A stretch of 64,000 nucleotides of DNA from an uncultured Flavobacteriales bacterium (GCA_964347475.1 CAYFYY010000001.1:6879-70878), one strand, 5' to 3'; positions 54,130-63,534 are shown, numbered from the stretch's first letter. Program-made: numbers and translations. Notes: generated by a model not told the origin, from the letters alone.

Positions 54130-56019
54130 ATGAAAAGGCTTGTCGTCGCGCTCTTTCTGGTGATCGTCCTGACCGACCCGGCCCGGCCCGGCATCGATGA
54201 GGCGCAGGACGCATACGACCGGGGCGACTTCGCAGCGGCATACGCTGAAGTTCGACCCCTCGCCGAGAACGGCAACCCCGAGGCCCAGGTCTTGCTCGGC
54301 GCCCTGTACGAGTATGGCCACGGTGTACGCGGCGCCCCTTCAGAGGCTGTACGTTGGTACCGGTTGGCCGCGGAGCAGGGCCATGCCCGGGGCCAGGCCT
54401 ATCTAGGCGCCATGTTTCTGACGGGGACGGGCGTGGCACAGGACGAGGCCACCGCGCTGTCCTGGTTCCGTCTGTCGGCCGAGCAGGGAGACGCGCGCGG
54501 ACAGACCAGTCTCGGCTACATGTACGAGACCGGGAGGGGCGTGGCCGCGGACGTCACCGAGGCGGCACGATGGTACGGAATGGCCGCCGAGCAGGGGTAT
54601 GCCGTCGCGCAGTACAATCTGGCCTTGATGTTCGAAAATGGCCGGGGCGTCGAGCAGGACGACGAGGAAGCGGCACGCTGGTACTTGATGGCGGCGCGAC
54701 AGGGCGATGCCGACGCCCAGACGAACCTCGGCTGGATGTACGAGAACGGCCGGGGTGTCGAGCAGGACGACGAGGAAGCGGCACACTGGTACTTGATGGC
54801 GGCGCGACAGGGCGATGCCGACGCGCAGACGAACCTCGGCTGGATGTACGAGAACGGCCGAGGCGTCGAACAGAATGACACAGAGGCTGTACGCTGGTAT
54901 CGCCTTGCTGCGGACCAGGGGTACGCGCGTGCGCAGACCAATCTTGGCTGGGTGTATGAGAACGGCCGGGGCGTCGCGCAGAATGATACAGAAGCCGTGC
55001 GCTGGTACCAAATCGCGGCGGAGCAGGACTATGACCGCGCCCAGAACGTCATGGGCCTGATGCATCAGTGGGGCCGTGGCGTGCCGCAGGATTACGCCGA
55101 AGCGGTGCGCTGGTACCGGAAGGCGGCCGAACAGGACTATCCCACCGCACAGTACAATCTGGCTTTGATGTATGAAAAGGGTCGAGGTGTTGACCAGGAC
55201 AGCGCGGCGGCCGTGCGCTGGTATCGCCGCGCCGCCGAGCAGGGGAACGCGGACGCCCAGACCAACCTTGGCTGGATGTACGGCAATGGCCGGGGAGTCG
55301 CCGAGGACGACGCGGAAGCCGTGCGCTGGTACGGCCTCGCAGCCGAGCAGGCGCATGCCGTCGCGCAGTACAATCTTGGCATCATGTACCGCTACGGCCA
55401 AGGGGTCGCCCGGAATTACCGACAGGCTCTCCAGTGGTTCAGGCTTGCTGCCGAGCAGGGCGACATCGATGCGCAATACAATATGGGCGAAATGTACGAG
55501 TCCGGGTTGGGCGTCGAGCGAGATCGGGCCGAAGCTGCGCGGTGGTACCGCCTGGCAGCCAACCAGGGCGATGGCGATGCGCAGGCCAAGCTCGGCTGGT
55601 TCTATCTCGAGGGAGCCGGAGTCGACCAGGACTACCGGGAAGCCCTCAGCTGGTTCCGACTTGCCGCCGAACAGGGAAGCGCGTCGGCCCAGTACAATCT
55701 CGGGCTCATGTACGAGACCGGCAAGGGAGTGGCAAGGAACGGCGCGAGCGCGACAGCCTGGTACCGTCGGTCGGCGGGGAACGGCGACGTCGACGCGCTG
55801 TTCCGGCTCGGCGTGATCTACGACGAGGGCCAGGGAATCGATGCGGACCGAACGGAAGCCTATAAGTGGTTTGTGCTGGCCAAGCGCCGCGGCAATCCGT
55901 CGGCGTCGCCTCGGCTTCTGTTGCTGTGGTTCGCCATGAATGCGGACGAAATCGCCGCAGCCGAAGCGCTGGCGGACGAATGGCAGGGCCTGCATCCGGT
56001 GCCCAACCGGGCGGACTGA
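54130..56019 (+). CDS. Secreted Sel1-repeat (SLR/TPR-like) protein, about 15-16 repeats
   Basis: Signal MKRLVVALFLVIVLTDPARP. Iterated A.(R/S)W(Y/F)..AAEQG.A.AQ.NLG.MYE.G.GV.QD units. GGAGA RBS. Confidence 0.85.
   Translation: MKRLVVALFLVIVLTDPARPGIDEAQDAYDRGDFAAAYAEVRPLAENGNPEAQVLLGALYEYGHGVRGAPSEAVRWYRLAAEQGHARGQAYLGAMFLTGTGVAQDEATALSWFRLSAEQGDARGQTSLGYMYETGRGVAADVTEAARWYGMAAEQGYAVAQYNLALMFENGRGVEQDDEEAARWYLMAARQGDADAQTNLGWMYENGRGVEQDDEEAAHWYLMAARQGDADAQTNLGWMYENGRGVEQNDTEAVRWYRLAADQGYARAQTNLGWVYENGRGVAQNDTEAVRWYQIAAEQDYDRAQNVMGLMHQWGRGVPQDYAEAVRWYRKAAEQDYPTAQYNLALMYEKGRGVDQDSAAAVRWYRRAAEQGNADAQTNLGWMYGNGRGVAEDDAEAVRWYGLAAEQAHAVAQYNLGIMYRYGQGVARNYRQALQWFRLAAEQGDIDAQYNMGEMYESGLGVERDRAEAARWYRLAANQGDGDAQAKLGWFYLEGAGVDQDYREALSWFRLAAEQGSASAQYNLGLMYETGKGVARNGASATAWYRRSAGNGDVDALFRLGVIYDEGQGIDADRTEAYKWFVLAKRRGNPSASPRLLLLWFAMNADEIAAAEALADEWQGLHPVPNRAD
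54649..54864 (+). repeat. Near-identical tandem duplication, 2 x 108 nt (one Sel1 unit each), inside 54130-56019
   Basis: Units 54649-54756 and 54757-54864 differ at 4 of 108 positions by my direct comparison. This gives one amino-acid change, R to H. Confidence 0.9.
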
Positions 56020-56184
56020 AAGCCGGCGGCGGCGGAAATACGTCTGATGCCAACGCAACCCCGATATGCTGATATATCGCACCGGGCCATTTCACGGTTT
56101 GCGCTGGCGGCCCGGTCTGGATGGCATTACAAATCACCGCCTGCCCGCCGCGGGACGACGGGATCGCTACCAAATATCTTCCGG

Positions 56185-57306
56185 ATGCATCACGCACAGA
56201 TACGCAAGGCAAGACTGGCCGACATATCGGCGCTCGTGACCCTAGAGAACCGGTCATTCGAGCATGACCGGCTGTCGCGGCGCAGCTTCCGTTACCTGCT
56301 GACCCGCGGCCACGCGGAGACCGTCGTCGCGGCCAGCGCCGGCAAGGTGATTCTCGGCTATGCGATGGTGCTGTTCAACCGCGGCACGTCGCTGGCCCGG
56401 CTGTATTCCATCGCGGTCGACCCGAATCACCGGGGCCACGGGCTGGGCACCCGACTGCTGCACGCCGCAGAGGAAGCGGCGCGTGACCATGGCGCTGCCT
56501 ATATGCGCCTCGAGGTGCGCGAGGACGATCCGGCGACGCGCCGCCTCTACGAGAAGGAGGGATATCGCAAGTTTGCGGTCGAGCACCATTATTATGAGGA
56601 CGATGTCGACGCGATCCGCATGGAACGGTCGCTCGCACCGGCGCGCGACCCGAGCCTCGCGCGGGTGCCGTATTACAGCCAGAATCTGGATTTCACCTGC
56701 GGGCCGGCAGCGATCTTGATGGCCATGCATGCGCTGGATACGGACATCCCCGTCGACCAGACGGCCGAACTTCGCCTGTGGCGTGAGTCGACGACGATCT
56801 ACATGACGTCGGGCCACGGCGGCTGCAGCCCGCTGGGGCTCGCCGTCGCGGTCTCGCGCCGCGGATTTCCGGTGGCGGTCTGGCTCAGCCAGCAGTCACC
56901 GCTCTTCGTCGACTCGGTGCGTAGCGAGAAAAAGAAGGAAGTCATACGCCTTGTCGAAGAGGATTTCCGCAGGGAAGCGCGGGAACGAGGAATTCCGATC
57001 AGCTACCGGCCGTTATCGGTCAAGGCCATGCGGGAGAAATTCGATGCCGGCGGCATTCCGATCGTGCTGGTCAGCTCCTGGCGCTTCGATCGCGAGCGGA
57101 CACCGCACTGGGTCGTTGTCACCGGCTTCGACGATGAATATGTCTATCTCCACGATCCCTATATCGACCCCGATCAGGACAAGTCGGCCACCGATTGCAT
57201 GCAGATACCGGTCCCCCTCAGCGACTTCCGGCGAATGGCGCGCTACGGCCGCGCACAGCAGAAGGCGGCGCTGGTGATCAGCCCGCGCGCGGACGACGCC
57301 CGCTGA
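56185..57306 (+). CDS. Fusion protein: GNAT N-acetyltransferase plus a papain-fold C39-like peptidase domain
   Basis: GNAT core RGHGLGTRLLHAAEEAARDHGAAYMRLEV..LYEKEGY. C-terminal VPYYSQNLDFTCGPAAILMAMHAL (Cys) and HWVVVTGFDDEYVYLHDP (His). The start is uncertain; the ATG at 56047 is the alternative. Confidence 0.75.
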   Translation: MHHAQIRKARLADISALVTLENRSFEHDRLSRRSFRYLLTRGHAETVVAASAGKVILGYAMVLFNRGTSLARLYSIAVDPNHRGHGLGTRLLHAAEEAARDHGAAYMRLEVREDDPATRRLYEKEGYRKFAVEHHYYEDDVDAIRMERSLAPARDPSLARVPYYSQNLDFTCGPAAILMAMHALDTDIPVDQTAELRLWRESTTIYMTSGHGGCSPLGLAVAVSRRGFPVAVWLSQQSPLFVDSVRSEKKKEVIRLVEEDFRREARERGIPISYRPLSVKAMREKFDAGGIPIVLVSSWRFDRERTPHWVVVTGFDDEYVYLHDPYIDPDQDKSATDCMQIPVPLSDFRRMARYGRAQQKAALVISPRADDAR

Positions 57307-58832
57307 TGCCGCTGCATCTGATTATCGTGGACAAGCCCGAGGACTTCCCCTGGGACATGCCAGGCTGTCGCGTCGTCGTCGCCCGCGACTTCATCCGCGA
57401 GCCGGCGCCGCCCAAGTCGACCTCCATGCGGGTGGTCAATCTGTGCCGCGACCACAGCTATTTGAGCCTCGGCTACTACTGTTCCCTGCTGGCGGAAGGG
57501 CGCGGCCATCGCACGATCCCGTCGATCGAAGTCATGCTGGACCTGCACTGGAAGCGGTTGCTGCGCATCGCCCTGCCGGAGGTCAACGAGCTCGTCGAGA
57601 AGACCTTCCAGGCGCCGCCCGAATCGAGCCCGGTGATCGCGCATGTTTACTTCCGTCAGCCGGACGACTCCCGCCTCGCGGATGCGGCCGGACGTATTTT
57701 CGACCTGTTTCGCTGTCCGATCCTCAAAGTGACCCTCGGCCACCGCGCCGGCCAGTGGGAAATAACCGACCTCGCCCCCGGCGCCATCCGCGATCTCGAC
57801 GAAGCCCAGCGGCAGACGTTCCGGCAGGCGCTGGAACGGTATCTCCAGGTCGCGTGGCGGCAACAGCGGACGACGACGCCGGCGCGATATTCGATCGCCA
57901 TCCTGCACGATCCGGCCGAGAAACTGCCGCCGTCGAATGCGCGTTCGCTGGAGAAATTCGTGAAAGCCGGCGCGCAGCTCGGCGTCGAGGTCGAGCTGAT
58001 CACAAAGGCGGACTACGGACGGCTGCTCGAGTTCGACGCCCTGTTCATCCGCGAGACCACGGCGCTCGACCACCACACCTACCGTTTCGCCAAGAAAGCG
58101 GATACGGAGGATCTCGTGGTGATCGACGACCCGCGTTCGATCCTGCGCTGCACCAACAAGATCTACCTGGCGGAGCTGCTTCAGACCAACGGCGTGCCGA
58201 CGCCGAAGACCCTTGTCATCGACCGCCGCGGCATCGAGCGCGTCGAGGTGGAGCTCGGCTTTCCCGCGGTGATCAAGATCCCCGACGGGTCGTTCTCGCG
58301 CGGCATGCACCGGGTGGCCGACGCGGCGGAGCTCAAGGCCATCACCGCGACGGTATTCGACGAGTCCGACCTCATCATCGCCCAGGAATACATGCGCACG
58401 GAATTCGACTGGCGCGTCGGTGTTCTGGACGGCAAGCCGATCTATGTCTGCCAGTACGAAATGGCCCGGGGCCACTGGCAGATCGTCAAGCACGACGGCG
58501 ACGGCCAGATGCTCGAGGGGGAGTCGCGCACGCTCGCGGTCGCCGACGCGCCGCCGGCGGTGGTCGACACCGCGCTCCGTGCGGCCGCGCTCATCGGCGA
58601 CGGGCTATACGGTGTCGATCTGAAGGAGACTCCGGCCGGCATCTTCGTGGTCGAGGTCAACGACAATCCCAGCATCGACGCCGGCGTCGAGGACCTCGTG
58701 CTGAAGGACTCGTTGTACCAGACCATCATCAACGCCTTCATCGAGCGGCTCGACCGCCGCTCGCAGTCGCAGCCGCGCCGCAACAACGGCGCCAAGGGCA
58801 CCGGCCAGGAAGCAGGCCGGAACCCGAAGTAA
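57306..58832 (+). CDS. RimK-family ATP-grasp ligase with a long N-terminal extension domain
   Basis: ATP-grasp blocks LGFPAVIKIPDGSFSRGM, IIAQEYMRTEFDWRV, and VVEVNDNPSIDAGVED. It is preceded by about 220 aa of non-grasp sequence. The start overlaps the upstream stop (TGATG). Confidence 0.8.
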   Translation: MPLHLIIVDKPEDFPWDMPGCRVVVARDFIREPAPPKSTSMRVVNLCRDHSYLSLGYYCSLLAEGRGHRTIPSIEVMLDLHWKRLLRIALPEVNELVEKTFQAPPESSPVIAHVYFRQPDDSRLADAAGRIFDLFRCPILKVTLGHRAGQWEITDLAPGAIRDLDEAQRQTFRQALERYLQVAWRQQRTTTPARYSIAILHDPAEKLPPSNARSLEKFVKAGAQLGVEVELITKADYGRLLEFDALFIRETTALDHHTYRFAKKADTEDLVVIDDPRSILRCTNKIYLAELLQTNGVPTPKTLVIDRRGIERVEVELGFPAVIKIPDGSFSRGMHRVADAAELKAITATVFDESDLIIAQEYMRTEFDWRVGVLDGKPIYVCQYEMARGHWQIVKHDGDGQMLEGESRTLAVADAPPAVVDTALRAAALIGDGLYGVDLKETPAGIFVVEVNDNPSIDAGVEDLVLKDSLYQTIINAFIERLDRRSQSQPRRNNGAKGTGQEAGRNPK

Positions 58833-58892
58833 CATGGCCGCCCGCCATCGGGAGCCGCGATCGCGGCGCATGGCGGTGGGGCACTCGTCCCG

Positions 58893-59783
58893 ATGACCCG
58901 CCGGATCGTCGCGCTCCTCCTGCTGGTCGGCGTTGCCCACGGGTCGGCGCTGGCCGGGGATGGCGATTTCACGCATGGCCTGTTGTGGCGCATCGAGTCG
59001 GCGGGGACGGCGCCGAGCTATCTGTTCGGGACCATGCACTCGGCCGACCCGGCGGTCGCAACGCCGCCCGATGCGCTGCGACGGGTTCTGGACGACGTCG
59101 ACAGCCTGACCATCGAGGTGGTGCTGGATGACGCCGCGAACACGGCGTTGGCGCACGCGACGCTGCTGCCGGAGGAACGGCGCCTCGGCGACATCGTCGG
59201 GCCCGAGCGGCTGCGCCGGGTGGTGGAGACCGGCGCGCGATACGGCATCCCGGCGGAGCAGATCGAAAGGTTCCGGCCCTGGGCGCTGCAGCTGATGTTC
59301 AGCCTGCCGCCGGCCGAGATCGAGCGCCAGGCGAAGGGCGGGCTGTTCCTCGACAAGGTGTTGCAGCTGCGGGCCGAGGAGCGCGGCATCCCGGTGCACG
59401 GCCTCGAGACGGTCGAGGAGCAGATCGCCGCACTGGCCGGCACATCGGACGAGGAACAAGTCATTCTGCTCGATGCGGTGTTGACGCTGAACAACGAAAT
59501 CGACGCCATCTTCGAGACGCTGAAGCAGCTCTACCTAACGGGCGATCTTGCCGGCCTGCACCGCATGATGCTGGAGACCACCGGCGGCGCGCCGCGCGAG
59601 CTGATCGATGCCTATACCGATCGGCTTGTGCGCGAGCGCAATCGGCGCATGGTCGATCGCCTTGCAGCGCGCCTCGCCGAGGGCAACGCGCTTATCGCCG
59701 TCGGCGCCCTCCACCTGTATGGCGACGACGGCGTGCTGGGATTGCTGGCGCGGCGCGGCTACACGGTGACGCGGGTGGAGTGA
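58893..59783 (+). CDS. TraB/GumN family protein (secreted)
   Basis: Signal MTRRIVALLLLVGVAHGSALA. Family motif LLWRIESAGTAPSYLFGTMHSADP, and VGALHLYG near the C-terminus. Confidence 0.75.
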   Translation: MTRRIVALLLLVGVAHGSALAGDGDFTHGLLWRIESAGTAPSYLFGTMHSADPAVATPPDALRRVLDDVDSLTIEVVLDDAANTALAHATLLPEERRLGDIVGPERLRRVVETGARYGIPAEQIERFRPWALQLMFSLPPAEIERQAKGGLFLDKVLQLRAEERGIPVHGLETVEEQIAALAGTSDEEQVILLDAVLTLNNEIDAIFETLKQLYLTGDLAGLHRMMLETTGGAPRELIDAYTDRLVRERNRRMVDRLAARLAEGNALIAVGALHLYGDDGVLGLLARRGYTVTRVE

Positions 59784-60114
59784 CGAATTTCGACGGCATG
59801 TCGCTCTTGATCGGCCGTCCAAAAAATGTTGCCTCCAACTCCGTACATCCCGGTGAGTCTTGGTGCCGCCTAGCGTTCCGGTCAGAAACGGCGGTGGCCT
59901 TTCCAAAGGAGAGCTTCATTGCGGGGAGCACGTCAAGAATCCATCTTCGCGAACCGATGATGCCCGTTGCGACCATTGGTGCAATCTTTGCGAGACGGTC
60001 CGCAACCCGGTATATTCGAGGTTGCAGAGAAACACAGTAGGCAAGGTTTGCCGAACTGCTTGTTACCGCGGTTCCTGTAATCACGAACGCGGCTGCGACA
60101 GGGAACGCTTAAAT

Positions 60115-60843
60115 ATGAGCACGGAAGAGAAATTCCACCGCGAGGGTGAGTTGGATGAGCTGCAGAGTCTCGCGCAACGCGGCGACGCCGAAGCCCAGTT
60201 CGATCTCGCCGTGCTCTATATGTGGGGACGTGGCGTAGCACCCGATTTGCCGAAAGCCGCGCAACTGTTCGAACTGGCCGCAATAAAAGGTCACGAATAT
60301 GCACAGTGCAACCTTGCCTCCCTCTACGTTGAGGGAATGGGAGTTGCGCAGGATTACGCGAAGGCCATGTTCTGGTTTCGGCAGGCGGCGGAGCAGGGTA
60401 ACGCGCGGGCGCAGTGCACGGTCGGTCACTTTCATTATCTCGGGATCGGCGCGCCGCAGGATTACGCTGAAGCGCTCCGGTGGTTCCGACTTGCCGCAAG
60501 CCAGCATGACCCTCGTGGCCAGCATTTCGTCGGCGTCATGCACGATAAAGGCGAAGGGACCGCCAAGGACGTTGCCGAAGCTCTGCGGTGGTATCGAATG
60601 GCTGCCGAGCAGGATTTGCCACTGGGACAATTGGCGTTGGCATGGAAATATTACAAAGGTGACGGCGTCGAGCAGGATCTGCCCCGCGCCTACGCCTGGT
60701 CTTCGTTGGCCGCCGACGCGACAGAGGTCGAGCTGGCGGGTCGTCTGTACAATGAGATTGGCAGCTTCATGACGCCCGCCCAGATAGCTGACGGCTCGCG
60801 TTTGGCGCAAGAATTGCGAAGCAGAATTCGGGCGCGACATTAG
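60115..60843 (+). CDS. Sel1-repeat protein (about 6 repeats, no obvious signal peptide)
   Basis: GDAEAQFDLAVLYMWGRGV.., A.FWFRQAAEQGNARAQ.., and similar units. The track ORF was trimmed to the ATG at 60115. Confidence 0.8.
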   Translation: MSTEEKFHREGELDELQSLAQRGDAEAQFDLAVLYMWGRGVAPDLPKAAQLFELAAIKGHEYAQCNLASLYVEGMGVAQDYAKAMFWFRQAAEQGNARAQCTVGHFHYLGIGAPQDYAEALRWFRLAASQHDPRGQHFVGVMHDKGEGTAKDVAEALRWYRMAAEQDLPLGQLALAWKYYKGDGVEQDLPRAYAWSSLAADATEVELAGRLYNEIGSFMTPAQIADGSRLAQELRSRIRARH

Positions 60844-60853
60844 GGATTGGACG

Positions 60854-61417
60854 CTATGTCCTCTCCGCCCCGAACGGCGGGCGCGCGAAGATCCGCCGCA
60901 GCATCGGCTCGAAGTGCTCCAGCGGCAGGGTGTCGTAGTCCGGGTCGAACGACGCCTGGTCCCATCGGTGGCAGAAATCGACCGCGGCCTGGTAGTGCGG
61001 GTGATCCCTGAAACGGTCGCGGGCGTTGCGGTCGCCACCCACGTGATGGGCGTAGTACCAGGCCTGGAAGATCCCATGATGCTTGACCACCCAGTACGTA
61101 CGCTCGGACACGTACGGCTTGAGGATCGCCGCCGCGAAGGCACTGTGATTGTATGGCGCCAACGCATCGCCGATGTCGTGCAGCAGCGCGGCCACCACCA
61201 TCTCTTCCTCCGCGGCGTCGCGCAGCGCCCGGGTCGCGGTCTGCAGGCCATGCTCCTGGCGGGTCACCGCGTAGCCTCCGAACGTCTGGTCGAGGCCATG
61301 GAAATAGGCGAGTACGCGGTCCGCGAGCCCCGCCGCATAGGCGGCCTCGAGACCGTGGAGGAATTCGTACTCGTCCCGCGTGCCGTCCTCCATGCGGGTG
61401 AACCGGACGACGTCCAT
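60854..61417 (-). CDS. HD-domain metal-dependent protein (phosphohydrolase or HD-type oxygenase; not distinguishable by eye)
   Basis: EHGLQTA..ALLHDIGD..NHS..KHHG pattern of His/Asp residues. The track ORF was trimmed by 177 codons to MDVVRF. Confidence 0.65.
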   Translation of the reverse strand: MDVVRFTRMEDGTRDEYEFLHGLEAAYAAGLADRVLAYFHGLDQTFGGYAVTRQEHGLQTATRALRDAAEEEMVVAALLHDIGDALAPYNHSAFAAAILKPYVSERTYWVVKHHGIFQAWYYAHHVGGDRNARDRFRDHPHYQAAVDFCHRWDQASFDPDYDTLPLEHFEPMLRRIFARPPFGAERT

Positions 61418-61452
61418 GGCACTCTCCCTCCCGGCTGTACGCGTGCGCGAGA

Positions 61453-62232
61453 TCAGTCGCGGTAGTCGGGTTCCTCCTCGTCGAGGATGTCCTTCATCGC
61501 CTCGAAGTGGTCGGCGGCGGCTGCCAGCGGGAACGCTGTCCACTGCCGGCAGGTCATCTCCGCCACCTCGTCGGAGGCGACGTGCAGCGGCTGGCCGGTC
61601 GACAGCGCCAGCACCTGAAGCTTGCAGGCGCGCTCCAGATAGTAGGCCTCGTCGAACGCCTCGGCTGCGCTGTGGCCGATCACCGCAACGCCGTGATTGG
61701 CCATGAACAGTACGCTCTTGCCGTCCTCGATCGCCGCGCCGATGCGCTGCCCCTCGACCGCGTCCAGCGCCATGCCGTTGAAGTTCTCGTCGTAAGCGAT
61801 GCGGCCGAAAAACCGCATCGCGTTCTGGTCGATCATCTGCAGCCGGTAGTCCTTGAGACAGGCGAGCGTCGTGGCGTGGAACATGTGGGTGTGCAGGATG
61901 CAGCGCGCCGCCGGATGGGCGGCGTGGATCCGGCCGTGGATGTGCCACGCGGTCGGGTCAGCCTTGCCGGCGCCGTGGCCGATCACGTCGTCGGTGCCGT
62001 CGGCGTCGAGCAGCAGCAGCTCGCTGGCCCGGATGCGGCTGAAATGCCGGCCCTGCGGGTTCATCAGGAAGCGCCTTCCATCGCCCGATACCGCGAGGCT
62101 GAAATGGTTGGCGATGCCCTCGTGCCAGTCGAGGCGCGCGGCGATGCGGAACAGCGCGGCGAGGTCGATGCGGCCCTGGCGCTCCACTTCGTCCATCGGC
62201 GATCCGTCCGGCCTTACGGCGTGCAGCGGCAT
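61453..62232 (-). CDS. Class II aldolase/adducin family protein
   Basis: The HTHMFHATTLA and ANHGVAVIG metal and active-site blocks are typical of this family. Confidence 0.8.
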   Translation of the reverse strand: MPLHAVRPDGSPMDEVERQGRIDLAALFRIAARLDWHEGIANHFSLAVSGDGRRFLMNPQGRHFSRIRASELLLLDADGTDDVIGHGAGKADPTAWHIHGRIHAAHPAARCILHTHMFHATTLACLKDYRLQMIDQNAMRFFGRIAYDENFNGMALDAVEGQRIGAAIEDGKSVLFMANHGVAVIGHSAAEAFDEAYYLERACKLQVLALSTGQPLHVASDEVAEMTCRQWTAFPLAAAADHFEAMKDILDEEEPDYRD

Positions 62233-62438
62233 GTCCCGGCTCTCCCGATTCGCGTTCCAGCCCAACTGGCGCGATCATGCGCACGGAATGCACGGCGAAT
62301 CAATACGCGGCCCAATGCCCCGACAAACAGGTCGCGCAGGTTGGCCGGCAGCGGGCCCCGATTTGTGATCGAAAACGCGCGGCAATATGCATGCAGTTGG
62401 GGTATCCTGTCGGCACACAGTGACGGGAGCGTTGCGAG

Positions 62439-63530
62439 ATGGGTTCGACGGCTGGTGGTGCCGGCGCACCGGCGATTTCCAAAACCAACCCGGTGGGCAC
62501 CGACGGGTTCGAGTTCGTCGAATACACGGCGCCCGATACCGCAATGCTCGACGAGCTGTTCCGGTCGATGGGCTTCGTCCGGGCGGCGCGCCATCGCTCG
62601 AAGGACGTCACGTTGTACCGCCAGGGCGAGGTCAACTTCATCGTCAATGCAGAGCCGGGCAGCTTCGGTGCCGAGTTCGCGAAGGCCCATGGGCCGTCCG
62701 CCTGCGCCATGGCGTTTCGCGTCGCCGACGCGGCGCTGGCGCTGCGGCGCGCCGCGGCGCTGGGGGCGAAGCCGGTGGAAGGGCAGATCGGCCCGATGGA
62801 GGTGAACATCCCGGCCATCGCGGGCATCGGCGGCAGCCTTCTGTATTTCGTCGACCGCTACGGGGCGCAGGGGACCATCTACGACATCGACTTCGTGCCG
62901 CTGGAGAATGACGGCGGCGGCAGTGTGGGCCTGACATACGTCGATCACCTGACGCACAATGTCGAACGCGGCAACATGGACGAGTGGGCCGGGTTCTACG
63001 AGCGTCTGTTCGGCTTTCGGGAACTCAAGTATTTCGACATCGAGGGCAAGCTGACGGGCCTGAAGTCCCGCGCCATGGTCAGCCCTTGCGGCAAGATCCG
63101 CATCCCGATCAACGAATCCTCCGACGACAAGTCCCAGATCGAGGAGTATCTGCGCGCCTATCGCGGCGAGGGCATCCAGCACGTGGCGCTGGGCACCGAC
63201 GACATCGTCGCCACGGTCGACGCGCTGAAGGCGAGGGGAATCCCGTTCATGGCGCCGCCGCCGGATACGTATTACGAGGCGGTGGACACGCGGGTCCCCG
63301 GCCACGGCGAGCCGCTCGCGGAGCTGAAACGCAACGGCATCCTGATCGACGGTGCGCCGACCGAGGGCGGCGGGCGACTGCTGCAAATCTTCACCGAGAC
63401 GGTGATCGGCCCGATCTTCTTCGAGCTGATCCAGCGCAAGGGCGACGAGGGGTTCGGCGAGGGCAACTTCCGCGCCCTCTTCGAATCGATGGAGCAGGAC
63501 CAGATCCGGCGCGGTGTGCTGAAGGAGTAG
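62439..63530 (+). CDS. hppD: 4-hydroxyphenylpyruvate dioxygenase
   Basis: GFEFVEYT, GEGIQHVALGTDDI, and FFELIQRKGDEGFGEGNFRALFESMEQDQIRRGVL. Confidence 0.9.
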   Translation: MGSTAGGAGAPAISKTNPVGTDGFEFVEYTAPDTAMLDELFRSMGFVRAARHRSKDVTLYRQGEVNFIVNAEPGSFGAEFAKAHGPSACAMAFRVADAALALRRAAALGAKPVEGQIGPMEVNIPAIAGIGGSLLYFVDRYGAQGTIYDIDFVPLENDGGGSVGLTYVDHLTHNVERGNMDEWAGFYERLFGFRELKYFDIEGKLTGLKSRAMVSPCGKIRIPINESSDDKSQIEEYLRAYRGEGIQHVALGTDDIVATVDALKARGIPFMAPPPDTYYEAVDTRVPGHGEPLAELKRNGILIDGAPTEGGGRLLQIFTETVIGPIFFELIQRKGDEGFGEGNFRALFESMEQDQIRRGVLKE

Positions 63531-63534
63531 CCCG

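Noticed and set aside
54403-56082. 559-aa minus-strand ORF opposite the Sel1 gene
   Set aside because: Its periodic sequence only mirrors the Sel1 repeats on the other strand. It has no start context or motifs.
56020-56184. Search for a short precursor-peptide ORF beside the GNAT-C39/RimK genes
   Set aside because: The only reading frame here is the in-frame upstream extension of the GNAT gene. No independent small ORF with an RBS was seen here or at 58833-58892.
57243-59131. Alternative-frame ORFs of 416 aa (minus strand) and 562 aa (plus strand) over the RimK-like gene
   Set aside because: The chosen frame contains the ATP-grasp blocks. The others are Arg/Pro/Gly-rich without motifs.
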